Shown: piece after piece, positions 20,193-30,522 of the stretch
Position numbering within the stretch: the first letter of the stretch is position 1
How the letters are laid out: each line of letters begins with the position of its first letter
Origin: an uncultured Chloroflexia bacterium
Lineage (GTDB): Bacteria; Chloroflexota; Dehalococcoidia; DSTF01; JALHUB01
Length of the DNA: 64,000 bases
Reading direction: 5' to 3'
Assembly (NCBI GenBank): GCA_963726245.1
Contig: CAVSBT010000015.1
Span: forward strand, 255,793 to 319,792
Translations under genes and position numbers: made by a program
Notes under the pieces: model-generated
Seen by the model: the letters and a program-made list of their open reading frames with translations, nothing else
The model's database searches: none
Told to the model about the DNA's origin: nothing

Positions 20193-21500
20193 CTACAGCC
20201 CGCACTCGTCGAGTTGCGCGCCGTCGCGACGGGCGTCGCGGACGTCGTATGCCAGGAAGCGGCCCTGAGGATCACGGTAGATAAGCCTGGCCCTGCCCTG
20301 CTGCTCGAACTCGGCGAGCAGCTTGTCTTCGTTCGTCCCCCACTTTAGCGGGAAGTCCTTTTCCATCAGCACTACGTCAATGCCCTTGGCGCCGAGGAAG
20401 CAGGTGTATTGCTCCGGGCTGCTCCACCAGCGCCGATACTGGCTCTGATCGAAGAACTCCTGCGCCAGCACCGCCCCGTGCTTGATCAACTGGTAGGCGC
20501 CGTCCTCACGGTCGTTGGGCTCCAGGACGCGATAGGTGAGAGCGCGGTCGAACTGGGGCGAGCTGATGAACTCGCCGTAGAAAGGGTGTGAGTTGTGGTT
20601 GAAGCCGTACGTGTTCACGTGCTTGTGTTCGATGCGGAAGGCGAACGTGAGAGCCACCACGGCGAAGGCCGGCAGGAAAAGGCGCGCAGCACCGGCGCCA
20701 GCATCGACACCACGAGCGGCAGCACGACGACAGCGCCGCGGAAGCGGGCCATGTACCTCAGCGTCCCCACCAGGTACGACTCCCTGGTGGTTTCCACCAA
20801 GGGCGTGGTGCGGGCATAGAGGGCGTACGGCAGGACGATCGCTGCCGCTATCGCCATGGCGGCGAACAGGCGGACGGCGTCCCGCGGCCGCCGCGCTGCC
20901 GCATACAGCGTGTATCCGATCACCGTTGCGGCGCCGGCGAAGGGGTGTGTGGTGACGGCGAGAACCGCCCAGGCTGCGGCGGCGACCCACCGCCGCCTGT
21001 CCACGGCTTCGACGCACATGAAGAAGAAGCCCACCGACCAGATGAAAGTGAACTGGAAGGACACCAGCCCCTCGATGAGAAACGTGTTCGCATAGATGAG
21101 CGCCAGAAGCCGCGGGTCGCGGAGCGCCGGGCGGGCGCGCGTCGCCGCATAGCCGTAGAAGATGAAGCCGGCCACCATGGCCGCCGTCACAGACCGGTCG
21201 CCGAGCAGCAGGTAAGGCAGGGCGGTCGCCAGGTACACCGCGATGCCGTAGGGAAAGGTCAGGGCGTGCCCGGACTCCAGGTAGCGCACGTGCAAGGGCA
21301 GCCGCCAGTGATGGAAGAGCTGGTCGGAGACGTACCAGACGTGGGCATAGTGATGCGCCGAGTCGGAACCCAGGAACCGCGTCTTCGTTAGCACGACGCC
21401 GCACATGAAGACGATGCCCAGCAGCGCCCCTGCCGCGACGGTGAACTGCACCAGCGTGTGCCACGCATGCCAGCGCTGGCTCGATTGGCGCCACAGCAGC
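20193..21500 (-). CDS. Polytopic membrane protein, possible GT-C glycosyltransferase; frameshifted
   Basis: Many TM helices in ORF 20615-21568 (SDSAHH in first loop), soluble C-terminus in the 20193 frame. Confidence 0.55.
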   Translation of the reverse strand, partial: AAVAPIEPALACVAHAGAVHRRGRGAAGHRLHVRRRANEDAVPGFRLGASLCPRLVRLRPALPSLAAALARALPGVRARPDLSLRHRGVPGDRPALPAARRPVCDGGHGGRLHLLRLCGDARPPGAPRPAASGAHLCEHVSHRGAGVLPVHFHLVGGLLLHVRRSRGQAAVGRRRSLGGSRRHHTPLRRRRNGDRIHAVCGSAAAAGRRPPVRRHGDSGSDRPAVRPLCPHHALGGNHQGVVPGGDAEVHGPLPRRCRRAAARGVDAGAGAARLFLPAFAVVALTFAFRIEHKHVNTYGFNHNSHPFYGEFISSPQFDRALTYRVLEPNDREDGAYQLIKHGAVLAQEFFDQSQYRRWWSSPEQYTCFLGAKGIDVVLMEKDFPLKWGTNEDKLLAEFEQQGRARLIYRDPQGRFLAYDVRDARRDGAQLDECGL

Positions 21501-22293
21501 AGTGCGCGTGGAAACGTCAGCTCCTCGAACAACCTGCACCTTCGACCCGTCCTGTGCCGCGGGCACACCGGTGATATCTGGCACCGTCACAGGCTCGTAG
21601 CCGCGCTCGCGCAATCCGTCGATGATCTGCGGCAGGGCCTCGACCGTGTTCGTGCGGTCCGGGTTGCCGCCGCCGAGTCCGCCGTCGTGCAGCAGGACGA
21701 TCGCGCCCGGGTGCGCCTCTGACAGGACGTTGTCCGCTATTTGGGCGGCCGGCAGGTCGCGCCAGTCCGCCGAGTCCGTGTCCCAGCCGATGGAAACGTA
21801 GCCCGCGCCGTACAGCCCCCGAAGCATCGTCTCGCTCGTGTGGCCGTAGGGGGCGCGGTACAGCCTCGGCCGGTATCCAAGGATGCCCTCAAGCACGACC
21901 TCTGCGTGCTTCAGATCAGCCTGGAAGTCATCCGGCCCAGCCAGCGACAGACCCTCTGAGTGTGAGTAGGAATGTGAGCCCACGACCATGCCGAGCTCAC
22001 TCTCTTCTCTCACGAGGTCCGGGTGCGCGGCGGCAGCCTTGCCCTCCACGAAGAACGTGGCCTTCACGTTACGTGCTCGCAGTATGTCGAGGATCTGCTG
22101 GGTGTAGGGCGGGTTGGGGCCGTCATCGAAGGTCAGGGCGACCTGCCGAAGGTCCCTGCAACCAGAGCTGAGGTGGGTAGCCTGAGGGGCAGCGGGGTTG
22201 AGGGCAGAGCCCAAGAGAAGGGAAAGAGGATGCAATCAGCAGGACGAGGAGAAACGACACGCGCCGTCGGGACAAACGTCTGGCGGTGCTCAT
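21500..22293 (-). CDS. Polysaccharide deacetylase (NodB/CE4); frameshift near N-terminus
   Basis: ALTFDDGP, HSYSH, RAPYG, DSADW, IVLLHDG. Confidence 0.88.
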
Positions 22294-22359
22294 GGTCGCC
22301 AGCAGTATCGCGCGGGGAAACCGCTGGCTCAAGAGGTTACTCTCGGCCGCACTGGACCA

Positions 22360-23622
22360 CTACTGCGTTCTCCAGGTCGTCCCGTTAGGGTCATCCTCAA
22401 GGATGATTCCCAGGGCAGCGAGGCTGTCTCGGATCTCGTCCGCCAGGGACCAGTTCTCGGCGTCGCGCAGTTGCGAGCGCAGGTCGATGAGAAGCTCGAC
22501 GAAGGGCGCTATGCGCGCCACTGCGTCGGCGGGGGAAGAAGCGAGCTGCCCGCTCCAAGCGATGAGCATCTGGCGCAGGCCGGCGCGGCCGCGGGATATC
22601 AGGCCCTCATCCACGCCGGCGTCTTGCGCCTCATCCACCGCTTTCGCCAGGTCGTGGACGTCGCCGGCCAGATCAGTGGGGTGCGCGCGTTCACCGGTTG
22701 CTGCGGCGAGCCTTTGCCCAGCCGCATCGACCTGCCGCCGCAGGATTTCGCCCGCCCCGGCTGTTAGCCCCTCGGTCTTAGCGGGAGTTAGTCGCCGCGA
22801 CCGGCTGCTGCGGACGGCCGCTCCACCTCGCAGGCGGTCGAGGCTGAAGGAGACTCCCGCCCCGAACTTCTCCTCCCGGCCCTTCCGTCGCACCGTCACC
22901 TGGCCCGCGCCCATCACCCTGCCCTCGTTCTCGCCCACGTCCAGGATGCAGGCGGTGTACTCGTCTATCCCCAGCACCGTCGTTGAGTCGGGCAGAAGCC
23001 GCTCCAAAACGTCGAAGCGAGGCTGGCCCATGAAGCAGAACCGCGTGTCGAACGTGGCGCCCTCCGCGTTGTTCCAGTGGCTCAAGATCGCCAGATCGAA
23101 GCCGTAGGGAGCCAGCAGATTCAGGCCTTCCACCCAGTGCGGCTCCTCACCGACCTTGTAGATCTCGTAAACCGGCAGAGCGTACCGGCCCATCGCAATC
23201 GCCGCGGCGCTCGCCAGCACCAGGTGCGCTCCTTCGTCGACGCGCCTGGCGACGAGATCGAACACGGGTGTGTCTCGCCAGTTACGAACGGCGTACGTCG
23301 GACTTCCGGGACCGGCGAAGATGTAGTCAGCGCGCCGCAACTTCCTGAGGGCGCTCTCCACTTCCCGGGCCGCGGCCCGACCGGCCGACTTGAAGGTGAC
23401 GACTTCGCAGGGCACCCCCACATAGTCGGCGACGTACGCGCTGGCCTTCTGGGAAATCTCGTCGGCATTCAGCTCGAAGCCGGCCGGCGTGTCCAGGAAG
23501 ACGGCCCTCACCGGCTCCTTGATCTTCGATATGAGCCAGCGGTGCACTTTGCTCATGGCCCTTGTCATTTCGCCAGAGCCCATGAGCGTCACCGTCCCTG
23601 GTGAGCGAATGTCTGAGGCCAT
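22360..23622 (-). CDS. Peptidase S51/cyanophycinase-like hydrolase with C-terminal CysRS anticodon-binding domain
   Basis: MGSGE, YIFAGPGS, LASAAA, SHWNNAEG, LGIDE; C-terminal LRSQLRDAENWSLADEIRDSLAALGIILEDDPNGTTW. Confidence 0.8.
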   Translation of the reverse strand: MASDIRSPGTVTLMGSGEMTRAMSKVHRWLISKIKEPVRAVFLDTPAGFELNADEISQKASAYVADYVGVPCEVVTFKSAGRAAAREVESALRKLRRADYIFAGPGSPTYAVRNWRDTPVFDLVARRVDEGAHLVLASAAAIAMGRYALPVYEIYKVGEEPHWVEGLNLLAPYGFDLAILSHWNNAEGATFDTRFCFMGQPRFDVLERLLPDSTTVLGIDEYTACILDVGENEGRVMGAGQVTVRRKGREEKFGAGVSFSLDRLRGGAAVRSSRSRRLTPAKTEGLTAGAGEILRRQVDAAGQRLAAATGERAHPTDLAGDVHDLAKAVDEAQDAGVDEGLISRGRAGLRQMLIAWSGQLASSPADAVARIAPFVELLIDLRSQLRDAENWSLADEIRDSLAALGIILEDDPNGTTWRTQ

Positions 23623-23629
23623 CGCTGCC

Positions 23630-24484
23630 CTATTCTTGGGTTTCGAACGCCCGCATCGCCAGCAGCATCATGACGACGGCAAAGCAGGCAAGGATGAGGA
23701 TATCCTCAAACGTTCCCAGGTGGTGATTGGCAATCTTGATGCCGGGAGCGAGCTTGGCGCCGAGAAGGAGGCGCCGCATCGGGTCTACACCGTAGGCGAC
23801 GGGGTCGAGGCGAGTGACAACGCTCATCCATACCGGCAGTTGCTTCAGAGGGAAGAACGCGCCGCTCAGGAAGAACATGGGCATGATGAGGAAGTTCATG
23901 ATCATCTGGAAGGCTTGCATGGATTCGAGGCGGGCCGCTATGAGGATGCCCATGGAGGTGAGAGCCAGCGCCGTCAGGAACATGAGGCCCAGGAGCTCGA
24001 GGACAAGCAACGGGTTCAGCGATACGCCGAGGATGGGCGCCAGGATCAGTAGGATCGCACCCTGGAACATGGCCACGGTGCTCCCGCCAAGGGCTTTTCC
24101 CAGCACCACCGCCGCCCGGCTGATGGGGGCCACCAGCACCTCACGCAGGAAGCCGAACTCCCTGTCCCAGACGATGGACATGGCGCTGAAGACCGCTGTG
24201 AAGAGCACCGCCATGGCGACGATGCCCGGGAAGAGGAAGCGGACGTAAGACACGTCGCCCAGTTCCGACGTGAGGCCGGCGCCCAGCGAGGCCGTCAGGC
24301 CGCTGCCGAAGACGACCAGGAACAGGAGCGGCTGGCCCAGTGAGGAAACAAGCCGGGCGCGGTCGCGCCAGTAGCGCAGCACCTCGCGATACCAGATGAT
24401 GTAGACACCGCTGGCGTTGGCCCTGACGTCCGCCCGCCAGCCGCGGGCGGGCAGCGCAGCAGTCGGTGCATAGGTAGTGGTCAT
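23630..24484 (-). CDS. ABC-2 exporter permease (DrrB-like)
   Basis: DREFGFLREVLVAP, PMFFLSGAFFP; six TM segments. Confidence 0.9.
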   Translation of the reverse strand: MTTTYAPTAALPARGWRADVRANASGVYIIWYREVLRYWRDRARLVSSLGQPLLFLVVFGSGLTASLGAGLTSELGDVSYVRFLFPGIVAMAVLFTAVFSAMSIVWDREFGFLREVLVAPISRAAVVLGKALGGSTVAMFQGAILLILAPILGVSLNPLLVLELLGLMFLTALALTSMGILIAARLESMQAFQMIMNFLIMPMFFLSGAFFPLKQLPVWMSVVTRLDPVAYGVDPMRRLLLGAKLAPGIKIANHHLGTFEDILILACFAVVMMLLAMRAFETQE

Positions 24485-25468
24485 CTAGCGCCGTCCTCCT
24501 CTCCACAAGTCGCCCGTGGAGCCGCATCATGGTCACCGGGTTCGCCTCCTGCTCCCGAATTGCGCGTCCCGTAAGCTTCAGGAAGACGTCGTCCAGCGTC
24601 GGCCGGTGCAGGTCCACCGAATTGACGGAGATTCCGAGCTCACGGACGAGCCGGGGAATGAACTCGGCGCCGGCCTCGACCTCCAGGCGGAGGCGCGTGT
24701 CATCTCGCTTCGGCTCCAGGCCGAACCGCTCCCGGATCTCCTGCGCCGCCCGCTCATCGTCCTCGGTCTGAAGGCTCACGATGTCCACACCCACCATGCC
24801 TTTGAGCGCGTCCGGCGTGTCCAGCGCCACTATCTTCCCCTGGTCAATGATGGCGATGCGATGGCAGTGCTCCGCCTCGTCCATGTAGTGGGTGGTCATG
24901 AAGATGGTGATCCCGTGGGCTCGCTGCAGCTCCAGGATGTACGTCCCAGACATGCTCGCGCGTCTGAGGGTCCAGCCCAAGAGTCGGCTCATCCAGGAAG
25001 AGGACGCTGGGATGATGCAGGATCCCGCGGGCGATCTCGAGACGCCGCTTCATGCCTCCGGAGAACGTGCGGACAATGGCGTCGCGGCGATCCCACAGCT
25101 CGACGACCCGCAGCACCTCCTCGATCCGCTGGGCGCGCTCACCGCCCGGCACGTTGTACACGTGGGCGTGAAAGCTGGAGGTTCTCATAGGCGGTGAGCT
25201 GATCGTCGACGCTCGGGTCCTGGAACACGAGGCCGATCGATTGGCGGACGGCATTCCGCTGGGTCGCTACGTCGTAGCCCGCAACCCTGGCCGTGCCCGC
25301 CGTCGGGCGCATCAGCGTGCAGAGGATGTTGATAGTCGTGGTCTTGCCGGCCCCATTGGGCCCGAGGAAGCCGAAGACCTCACCCTCCTCTACCTGGAAG
25401 CTGATGTGGTCGACCGCGGTGAGAGGGCCGAAGTTCTTGGTGAGTCCGATGACCTCAACGGAAGACAT
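24485..25468 (-). CDS. ABC exporter ATP-binding protein (DrrA-like); frameshifted
   Basis: GPNGAGKTT, FSGGMKRR, LFLDEPT, TTHYMDEAE, PTLDDVF spread over three frames. Confidence 0.88.
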
Positions 25469-25505
25469 CTATCATTATTATACTTCCAAGGCGGGCATCG
25501 AGCCG

Positions 25506-25568
25506 AATTGTGGCGAGTCTCACATTCCTTGTGACGCGCTTGACATCCTTTCGGTTGATGGGTAGCGT
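25506..25568 (+). promoter_or_regulatory. CRP/FNR-family box and sigma70 promoter upstream of hemerythrin gene
   Basis: TGTGG-N6-TCACA at 25509-25524; TTGACA-17 nt-TAGCGT at 25540-25568. Confidence 0.5.
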
Positions 25569-25606
25569 GAATCTGTAGAGGGAAGACTGGTGTCAGGGAG
25601 GGAGCC

Positions 25607-26277
25607 ATGTCGTCATCCGATCAGCCGAGTCTCGCGAGACAGCTCATCATCATTCACGCAGCCATCACTCGGGGTCTCGAAGTGGCCATGAGTCGCAGCC
25701 GGTCCTTTGCCAGCAGGGCTTGTCCGATGCGTCGGTCCGATCAGGGTTCATCAGCTACCTACGGAGCTTCGTGTCCGTGCTTAATGCCCACCATCTGACG
25801 GAAGATGAGGTGATCTTCCCCTATTTCCGAGAGCAGATGTGGGAAGCGCCCTTTGACCTGCTGATGGCTCAGCACCATGCCATGGTGCGCCTGCTCGATG
25901 AAATGAAGGTGGAGATAGACGAGGCGGAGAGTCGTCCTCAAACCATTGAACCATTCGCCTCCATCGCCTGCGTTGCGACCGAGCTAGCCGAGACCTGGCA
26001 TCCCCACATCGTGAACGAAGAGACAGTCTTCAGTGCGGAGAGGATTGACGCGAGAGTCGCTCCAGATGAACAGCTCAGGCTGGGGAAGCTGTCAACCGAA
26101 CACGGTATGGCGCACTCCGGGCCCGATTACCTAGTCGTACCCTTCATCCTCTACAACCTGTCGCCCGAACAGAGGGAGACTCTCACGGATGAGATGCCTC
26201 CGATTGTCACGCAGCAGCTTGTGCCGATCGCCTGGAAGGCGCAATGGGAGCCCATGTCGCCGTTCCTCCTAGAGTGA
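25607..26277 (+). CDS. Hemerythrin-like (HHE) cation-binding protein; frameshift near 25720
   Basis: IHAAITR, HHLTEDEVIFP, QHH, HIVNEE. Confidence 0.82.
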
Positions 26278-26306
26278 CGGAGGCCGGCGCCTGGCAGGAG
26301 GGAAGA

Positions 26307-26450
26307 ATGCCGAGCCTGCGAGCCACGTTTTCGAACCTGAGGGGGCCCATGCCGCTGGGACGCAAGATCCAGAGGCTCGTCGCCAACAACTGGACCAAGG
26401 TGCGGACGCGCAGCAACTGCTGCGGCCACCCCGGCGAGCCCGGGTGTTGA
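26307..26450 (+). CDS. Small Cys-tailed protein (47 aa, ends NCCGHPGEPGC); possible selenoprotein
   Basis: GGAGG RBS before ATG 26307; basic helix plus Cys-rich tail; TGA followed by hairpin. Confidence 0.65.
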   Translation: MPSLRATFSNLRGPMPLGRKIQRLVANNWTKVRTRSNCCGHPGEPGC

Positions 26451-26652
26451 GAGGCGGCCACAGGCTCGGGTGCCGAGCCAGGCCAGCAAGGGTAAGCGGA
26501 CCCCAGGATTTGGTGCCTCTGGATTCACAGTGCCTCCGTGCTCTAGAGCCTCGCCGACTCAGAAGCTGCTGCTTCTACCCACACGGATCGTTGACGCTGG
26601 GGGGAGATCGGTTGGAGCCCCGCCGCGGGAGAATCACCCAGGAGGTAACGGG

Positions 26653-27117
26653 ATGTGGAAGCTGGTCGTGGCGACCGGAATGGCGACCGCTCTTGCGCTC
26701 GTCATTGTCGCGAGCACCCAAGCGGCAATTCCACCGCTGAAGGCGCGTCTGCAGCCCGTGGGCGAGTCGAATGCGCACGGGAAAGTGGTATGGAAAAGAA
26801 TGTCGGAGCAAGTCCCCCTCCACGTGCGCATCCGTGGCGCAGTGCCGCTTTCCAAGGTATCGCTCCGCGTTTGCGGGCTGACGGAAGACAGCGTCACAGG
26901 TAATCGCTTCGATCAATGCTGGGCCACGTTCACGGATTCCTGCCCGCCACATCCTAAGCATTCAGATCGACAGAAAGGGAAGGGCAGAAGTCAAGGTGAT
27001 CCCGAAGCTGGCCGTCGCATCTGTTCACCTCTTGGAGGCCGAAAGAGTCGAACTATACGACTACCCCAGCGGAGAACTCATCGCGGTAGGCGAAATGGAC
27101 GCGAGAGGGCGCGCTGA
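26653..27117 (+). CDS. Secreted hypothetical protein (probably frameshifted)
   Basis: GGAGG RBS; signal peptide MWKLVVATGMATALALVIVASTQA. Confidence 0.55.
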   Translation: MWKLVVATGMATALALVIVASTQAAIPPLKARLQPVGESNAHGKVVWKRMSEQVPLHVRIRGAVPLSKVSLRVCGLTEDSVTGNRFDQCWATFTDSCPPHPKHSDRQKGKGRSQGDPEAGRRICSPLGGRKSRTIRLPQRRTHRGRRNGRERAR

Positions 27118-27244
27118 CATGGACTGAGTGGCTGACGGATCAAGCCCCCACCCCGGCCGCCGACGCACAGAGACGCCGAGCCGTTGATGGGGACCGACGG
27201 CGCGTAGCCGTACATTAGGCAACTTCATTCATCGCAGGTGGGTC

Positions 27245-28000
27245 GTGTCGTCCATCTCCTACCCCGACCCAGGCGGCAACTTTGATGACCGGGCAATCCT
27301 GCGCAACGCCGTCTTGTTCTCAACGCCTCAGCGCTCCTTTGTCGCGGAGCAGATACGCTGTGCACCGGTAGAGAGGATGACCTTCCTAGGCCGCGCATAT
27401 CTCGCGGTGGAGGCCTACTCGTGCAAAGCGCTGTCGCTAGAAGACTTCCTCGGATGGGTTGTCGTGCTTCGCGGGTGGGAGCCGGGAACGGTGGATAAGA
27501 GTCTTTGGGTGCTTCTCGACAAGAAACAGTTGAACGAGCAGGCCGAAAAGAAACTGGAGGACTGGGCCAAGGGCGTTACATCTGACCAACTGCGTGAGGC
27601 ATTTCATATTCCCACCGATAAAGAGCTGAGGGGCGCAGGGTTTGCCGAGGAGGTGGTTAACAGGATCAATACAGCAGTGTTAGCTCATGTTGACAGTGTA
27701 AGGCGAGCCATCGACTTCAGGACTCGAAACCAGCGCCGATTTGTCGTCGGGCACAACAAGATAAAGCACCTGCTGCTCGCGGTTCCCCAAGAGGAGGAGA
27801 ACCGCATTCTTTTCCCTCGCTACAAGGGCACCAAAGAGGATGAGCACGGGCGGACGAGCCACCGGGTGCAGACGGCGGGAATCTCTTGTGAGTCAGACAA
27901 CATCAGGCAGGTAGCGAGTGAAGCCATCGTCGGGCAGGCAGCCCTCAACGAACTTGCTCACCCTCAGCCCACAGACCCCGTGGTCTACAGCCAGGCTAGA
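27245..28000 (+). CDS. Hypothetical alpha-helical protein, possible HEPN-like; 3' end uncertain
   Basis: Long ORF with lower GC; HNKIKH motif; ORF runs into the opposite-strand gene. Confidence 0.5.
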
Positions 28001-28095
28001 GGACTTCGTGAGGTGGTACGGGCAGGCGACTGGCTGTTCGCAGGGGCGGCCGTGACGGCCGCCCCTGATCCACAAGTCTGCGGGCTGCGGGTGCG

Positions 28096-30500
28096 CTACG
28101 GCGGCCCAGAGCAGTCCAAGTTCACCTGGGCCAGCGCCGCCAGCACATCGGACATGTTCACGCCGCCGTTCGGCGGGCCCGCGTCCCAGGGCGGGTTCGG
28201 CACAGCACTGGGCGAGCGGTCGTAGAATCCCGTCCGTCGCTTCACCGTCCGATCGCACGATCCTTGTCACGCTGTCGTAGTCCACGCCGTTCGGGTTGAC
28301 AGGGCCGCCCTCGTTGGCATTCACGTAGCAGAGCACCGCCAGCACGTCGGCGATGGTCACGGCCCTGTTCTTGGGGCCGTTGGCCGTCGGGTCCGGGTTG
28401 GCGGGCACGGGCACGTCGAAGAAGTCGTACCAGGTCAGCGGGACTGAAGCCAGGCATAAACAGGTACTCCCGTCCGTCCCTGCAGCCATCGCCGTCCGTG
28501 TCAGCGTTCTGCGGGTCGGTGCCGATGACCAGGGTCTCCTGGTCGTCGGTGAGACCGTCGCCGTCGGCGTCACACGGTCCCGTGATCCACGGGGTCGAAG
28601 TCCACGTTGTCACTTACGGCGTCACCGGTGCCAAGGGGGTTGGACGGATGGGACGGACCGCTGCAGGAGCCCCACCAGTTGTTCTCGGCGTTGGCGACGC
28701 CGCCGGAGGTGTTGTTCTCACCGTAGAGGATGTTGCCCCGAATGTCGTTGTAGTGGACTTCGGCGCCGCTGTCGTCGATACCGACCTGGTTGCCGGTGAT
28801 GACGTTGCCCGTGACGGTGGCCGTCCCCTGGTAGACCATGATTCCCGCCGCCGTCCAGCACGCGTCGTAGTACGCCGCATCGCCCTTGGTCCCAGGCCCG
28901 GCGCAAACGCCCGTCCCCAGGGTGTAGACATGGTTGGACACGGTGTTGTTCTCGATCCTTGCCACCGCGTTGGGGCCCACCTGAATGCCGTTCTGAGCGT
29001 TGACCTGCCCGGGGCCGCCTCCTGTCACGGTGTTGCCGGAAACAGTCACGTTGGTGCCGGTGTTGTCGTCCGCCGCCTTGCCGACGGTGATGCCGTTCTT
29101 CGCGTATCCCGACATCACGTTGTCCTTGACCGTTCCGGTCACGGACAGGCGGAGCCTGACCGCGTCATAGCCGCCCGTGAATGTGTTGTTGTGCACATTC
29201 AGGTTGACGCTGCCCATGGCGTGCAGCCCGCTGTTGGACGGGTCAGCGATGGGAGCCGATATGTTGTTGTTCGGGCCCACGTCCACCAAGGTGAACATTC
29301 CCGTCGGTGCAGCCGCTCGTGCACTGGGCGACCACGACCCCGGTCCCCCAGTTGCTGATCGTGTTCCCGCTCGCCGTGAAGCTGACGTTCTCAGGACCCC
29401 AGCCCGCGTCCGCCTCCAGGCCGACGGAGTCGACGCTGCCGTCGCCCGTGAGGGTGTTGCCGCTCACCACGACGGTCATGACCCCCGCACTCATGGGCGC
29501 TGCGGCCTAGGACCGCCGGCAGGCGGAGCCGCCTCGTCCTCGAAGGGGCTGGCGCTCAGGCCCGGCGGGTCGGACGACGTCGATGCCCCAGTAGTCGGGC
29601 CTGCCGACGCCCGCCGTGGTCGCCGACACCGTGTTCCCGCTGATCGTCCCGGAGCCCTCGATGTAGTAGAGGCCGAGCTGGCCGTTGTTCAGGTGGTTGC
29701 CGGTGATGCCGACGTTGGCGGAGTAGACCAGGACGTCGGTGGCGGCCCAGTCCGGCCCGGTGTAGGAGTTGTTGGAGACGGTGTTGCCGTCCACGGTTCC
29801 TGTTGCCCCGTAGCCCACCTGGATGCCGTTCTGGGCCGCGTTGCCAGCGCCCACAGGCCCGCGGCCTGTCACCGTGCTGCCCGTCACAGTGCAAACGGTG
29901 CCAGGTTCGTTGCAGGTGATGCCATTCTTCCCGTAGTTGTCGACGGTGCTGCTGCTGACCTGGACGGTCGAGCCGCCACCACCACCGCTCTGGGCGAAGA
30001 TCCCGATCACTGACTGGCATCCGGGCGCGCTCGGGTGGAAGACGCCAGTCGTGCGGGTGAGTCTATCGTCCCCGACGAGTTCCTGTAGAAGATGCCCATG
30101 TAGCCCGGCGAACAGCTATTGAAGGCTGCCGCGCTGCCATCCACGGTCAGGTGCTTGACTGTCACCCCAGCCACGCCGTTCACCAAGATAATGGTCACGA
30201 TGGGAGCGCCTGAGTAGAGACTCGTTGTGTTGGCCGTGGCGGTGGCGGGCTTCACGATGGTGGAGCCTATTCCAGCACCGTCCAGTGTCAGGTTCGCCGT
30301 CGCGATGCTGACCTGCTCACTGAACGTGCCCGCCTTCGCGTTTACGGTGCCGTTGGGATTGGACGCGTTCGCGCCTGCCTGGATGGAGGCGTAGCTGCCG
30401 ACGGGGCTGGTCGTTGTCACCGGCGCGAAGCTGGCGCCTCCCGGCGGAGAGGCGTTGAGCCAGGGCACGAAGTCCACGTTGTCGGACACAGACACGCTGC
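28096..30500 (-). CDS. Large surface protein fragment: right-handed beta-helix repeats, Ca-binding DxDxDG repeats, flexitail-like C-terminus; many frameshifts, 5' end missing
   Basis: Repeated YGKNGIT/AQNGIQVG/NNWWG/VSDNVDF units, DADGDGLTD, DFFDVP...IADVLAVL...DRSP...GPPNG..NMSDVLAALAQVNLDC. Confidence 0.72.
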
Positions 30501-30522
30501 GACACGGCGAGCCGAAGAATTC

